A DNA stretch of 32,000 nucleotides from the NCBI GenBank assembly GCA_000503875.1, contig CP006913.1:780001-812000 (forward strand). The letters run 5' to 3'. Position numbers and translations under genes: made by a program. This stretch comes from Candidatus Saccharimonadota bacterium (GTDB lineage Bacteria > Patescibacteriota > Gracilibacteria > Absconditabacterales > Absconditicoccaceae). Under the pieces are notes generated by a model. That model had not been told where the DNA came from. It was given only the letters and a program-made list of their open reading frames with translations, and searched no databases. Positions 31,424 through 32,000 of the stretch are shown in pieces; the stretch's first letter is position 1, and every line of letters starts with the position of its first letter.

Positions 31424-32000
31424 TTATTTTTTATGGTTAGGCTTTTTTATCGAAGATTTTTTTTTGGAACGAATCATAGGAATCAAAGAATATACCAACA
31501 ATATTCCACAAACAATAATACCTATTTTTGCTATAGTACGAGTATTTTTCTTTACTAAAAGCATAATATCATCAAACCATTGAAAACGATATGGTTCTCA
31601 CATAACAGACACTTTTATATTTCCAGCTTTACGAATTACTAAATTAAAAGGAGAACTAGCAGAAAGTTTTTCTGAAGTTTCTAAATTAATAGCGAGACAG
31701 GTAATATATTTCCCTGATGCAACATCAGAAGCTGATAATCTAAAATGTTTTATAAGTTGTTGTTGTGCTCACAAATCTACAACACCTGATAGTTCTTCAA
31801 AATCAGAAACAGTGAAATCTCATGTCAAACCAGCTACATTAGAACATACAATATTTCCATTAGCATTTAATGAACCAGGAACAATATTTGCAACAATACG
31901 CAAAGGAGTAGAAGATTGATTTACCAAAGCAATACAAATATCTTTTTTTTGATTTGGTTTCATAATTAAATCAAGAGAAGAAGACAATTGATTAGTACCA
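31424..32000 (-). CDS. paralogous surface protein with a C-terminal TM anchor; the N-terminus lies beyond the window
   Basis: The frame is open from 32000 to TAA 31424-31426. It has 'MKPNQKKDICIALVNQSSTPLRIVANIVPGSLNANGNIVC' and the TM segment 'IGIIVCGILLVYSLIPMI' followed by a K-rich tail. Confidence 0.6.

Noticed and set aside
1-32000. Many short fragments of recognisable enzymes (aspS in three pieces, gatA and gatB in two, ansA in two) could suggest a decayed, pseudogene-rich region.
   Set aside because: All breaks are TGA, and they fall on conserved glycines. With TGA=Gly the fragments join in one frame with no TAA/TAG. The genes are intact.
1-32000. Search for tRNA, rRNA and mobile-element signatures (T-loop GTTCGA-type motifs in spacers, transposase or integrase ORFs, terminal inverted repeats).
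   Set aside because: None was found by eye in the six sizeable intergenic regions. The NACHT locus is not flanked by recognisable att-like repeats or recombinase genes.

Overview
This is an AT-rich bacterial window. The supplied standard-code ORF track breaks almost every real gene at in-frame TGA. Reading TGA as glycine (translation table 25, the Gracilibacteria / Absconditabacteria-SR1 type) restores long ORFs. The TGA codons land on invariant glycines: GatA 'GGSSGGSAA', asparaginase 'TGGT', a NACHT Walker A 'GSGKS', AspRS 'DEGSRE', HEAT 'LGxIGG' and a dockerin 'NGD' loop. I re-derived every CDS by hand with TGA=Gly and only TAA/TAG as stops, walking every codon of the long ORFs. 26 of the 28 distinct ORFs are on the minus strand.

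Content, left to right:
1. 1-4.7 kb: a PQQ-like radical-SAM peptide-maturation operon. It holds an amidohydrolase, a possible 17-aa PqqA-like peptide, a rSAM/SPASM enzyme, PqqD, a PqqB/PhnP-like MBL hydrolase, an alpha/beta hydrolase and an M20 peptidase.
2. 4.9-11.2 kb: the tRNA transamidation block gatC-gatA-gatB-aspS plus ansA. gatB and aspS share one stop-free frame.
3. 11.3-12.2 kb: an HD (p)ppGpp-hydrolase-like gene and a small hypothetical.
4. 12.2-20.5 kb: the most unusual locus. It encodes an RHH protein, a GHMP-kinase/winged-helix fusion, and a 1649-aa histidine-phosphatase-NACHT-HEAT (about 23 repeats) STAND protein, with a divergent HD-domain gene.
5. 20.5-21.3 kb: xth.
6. 21.3-29.6 kb: a five-module secreted-protein operon with cohesin-like, dockerin-like, Ig-like and SLH-like modules.
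7. 29.9-32 kb: a WxL-like / DUF916-like surface-protein cluster.

I saw no rRNA, tRNA, CRISPR array, transposase or integrase. All domain calls rest on remembered family motifs, not on searches, and need HMM or structure confirmation.
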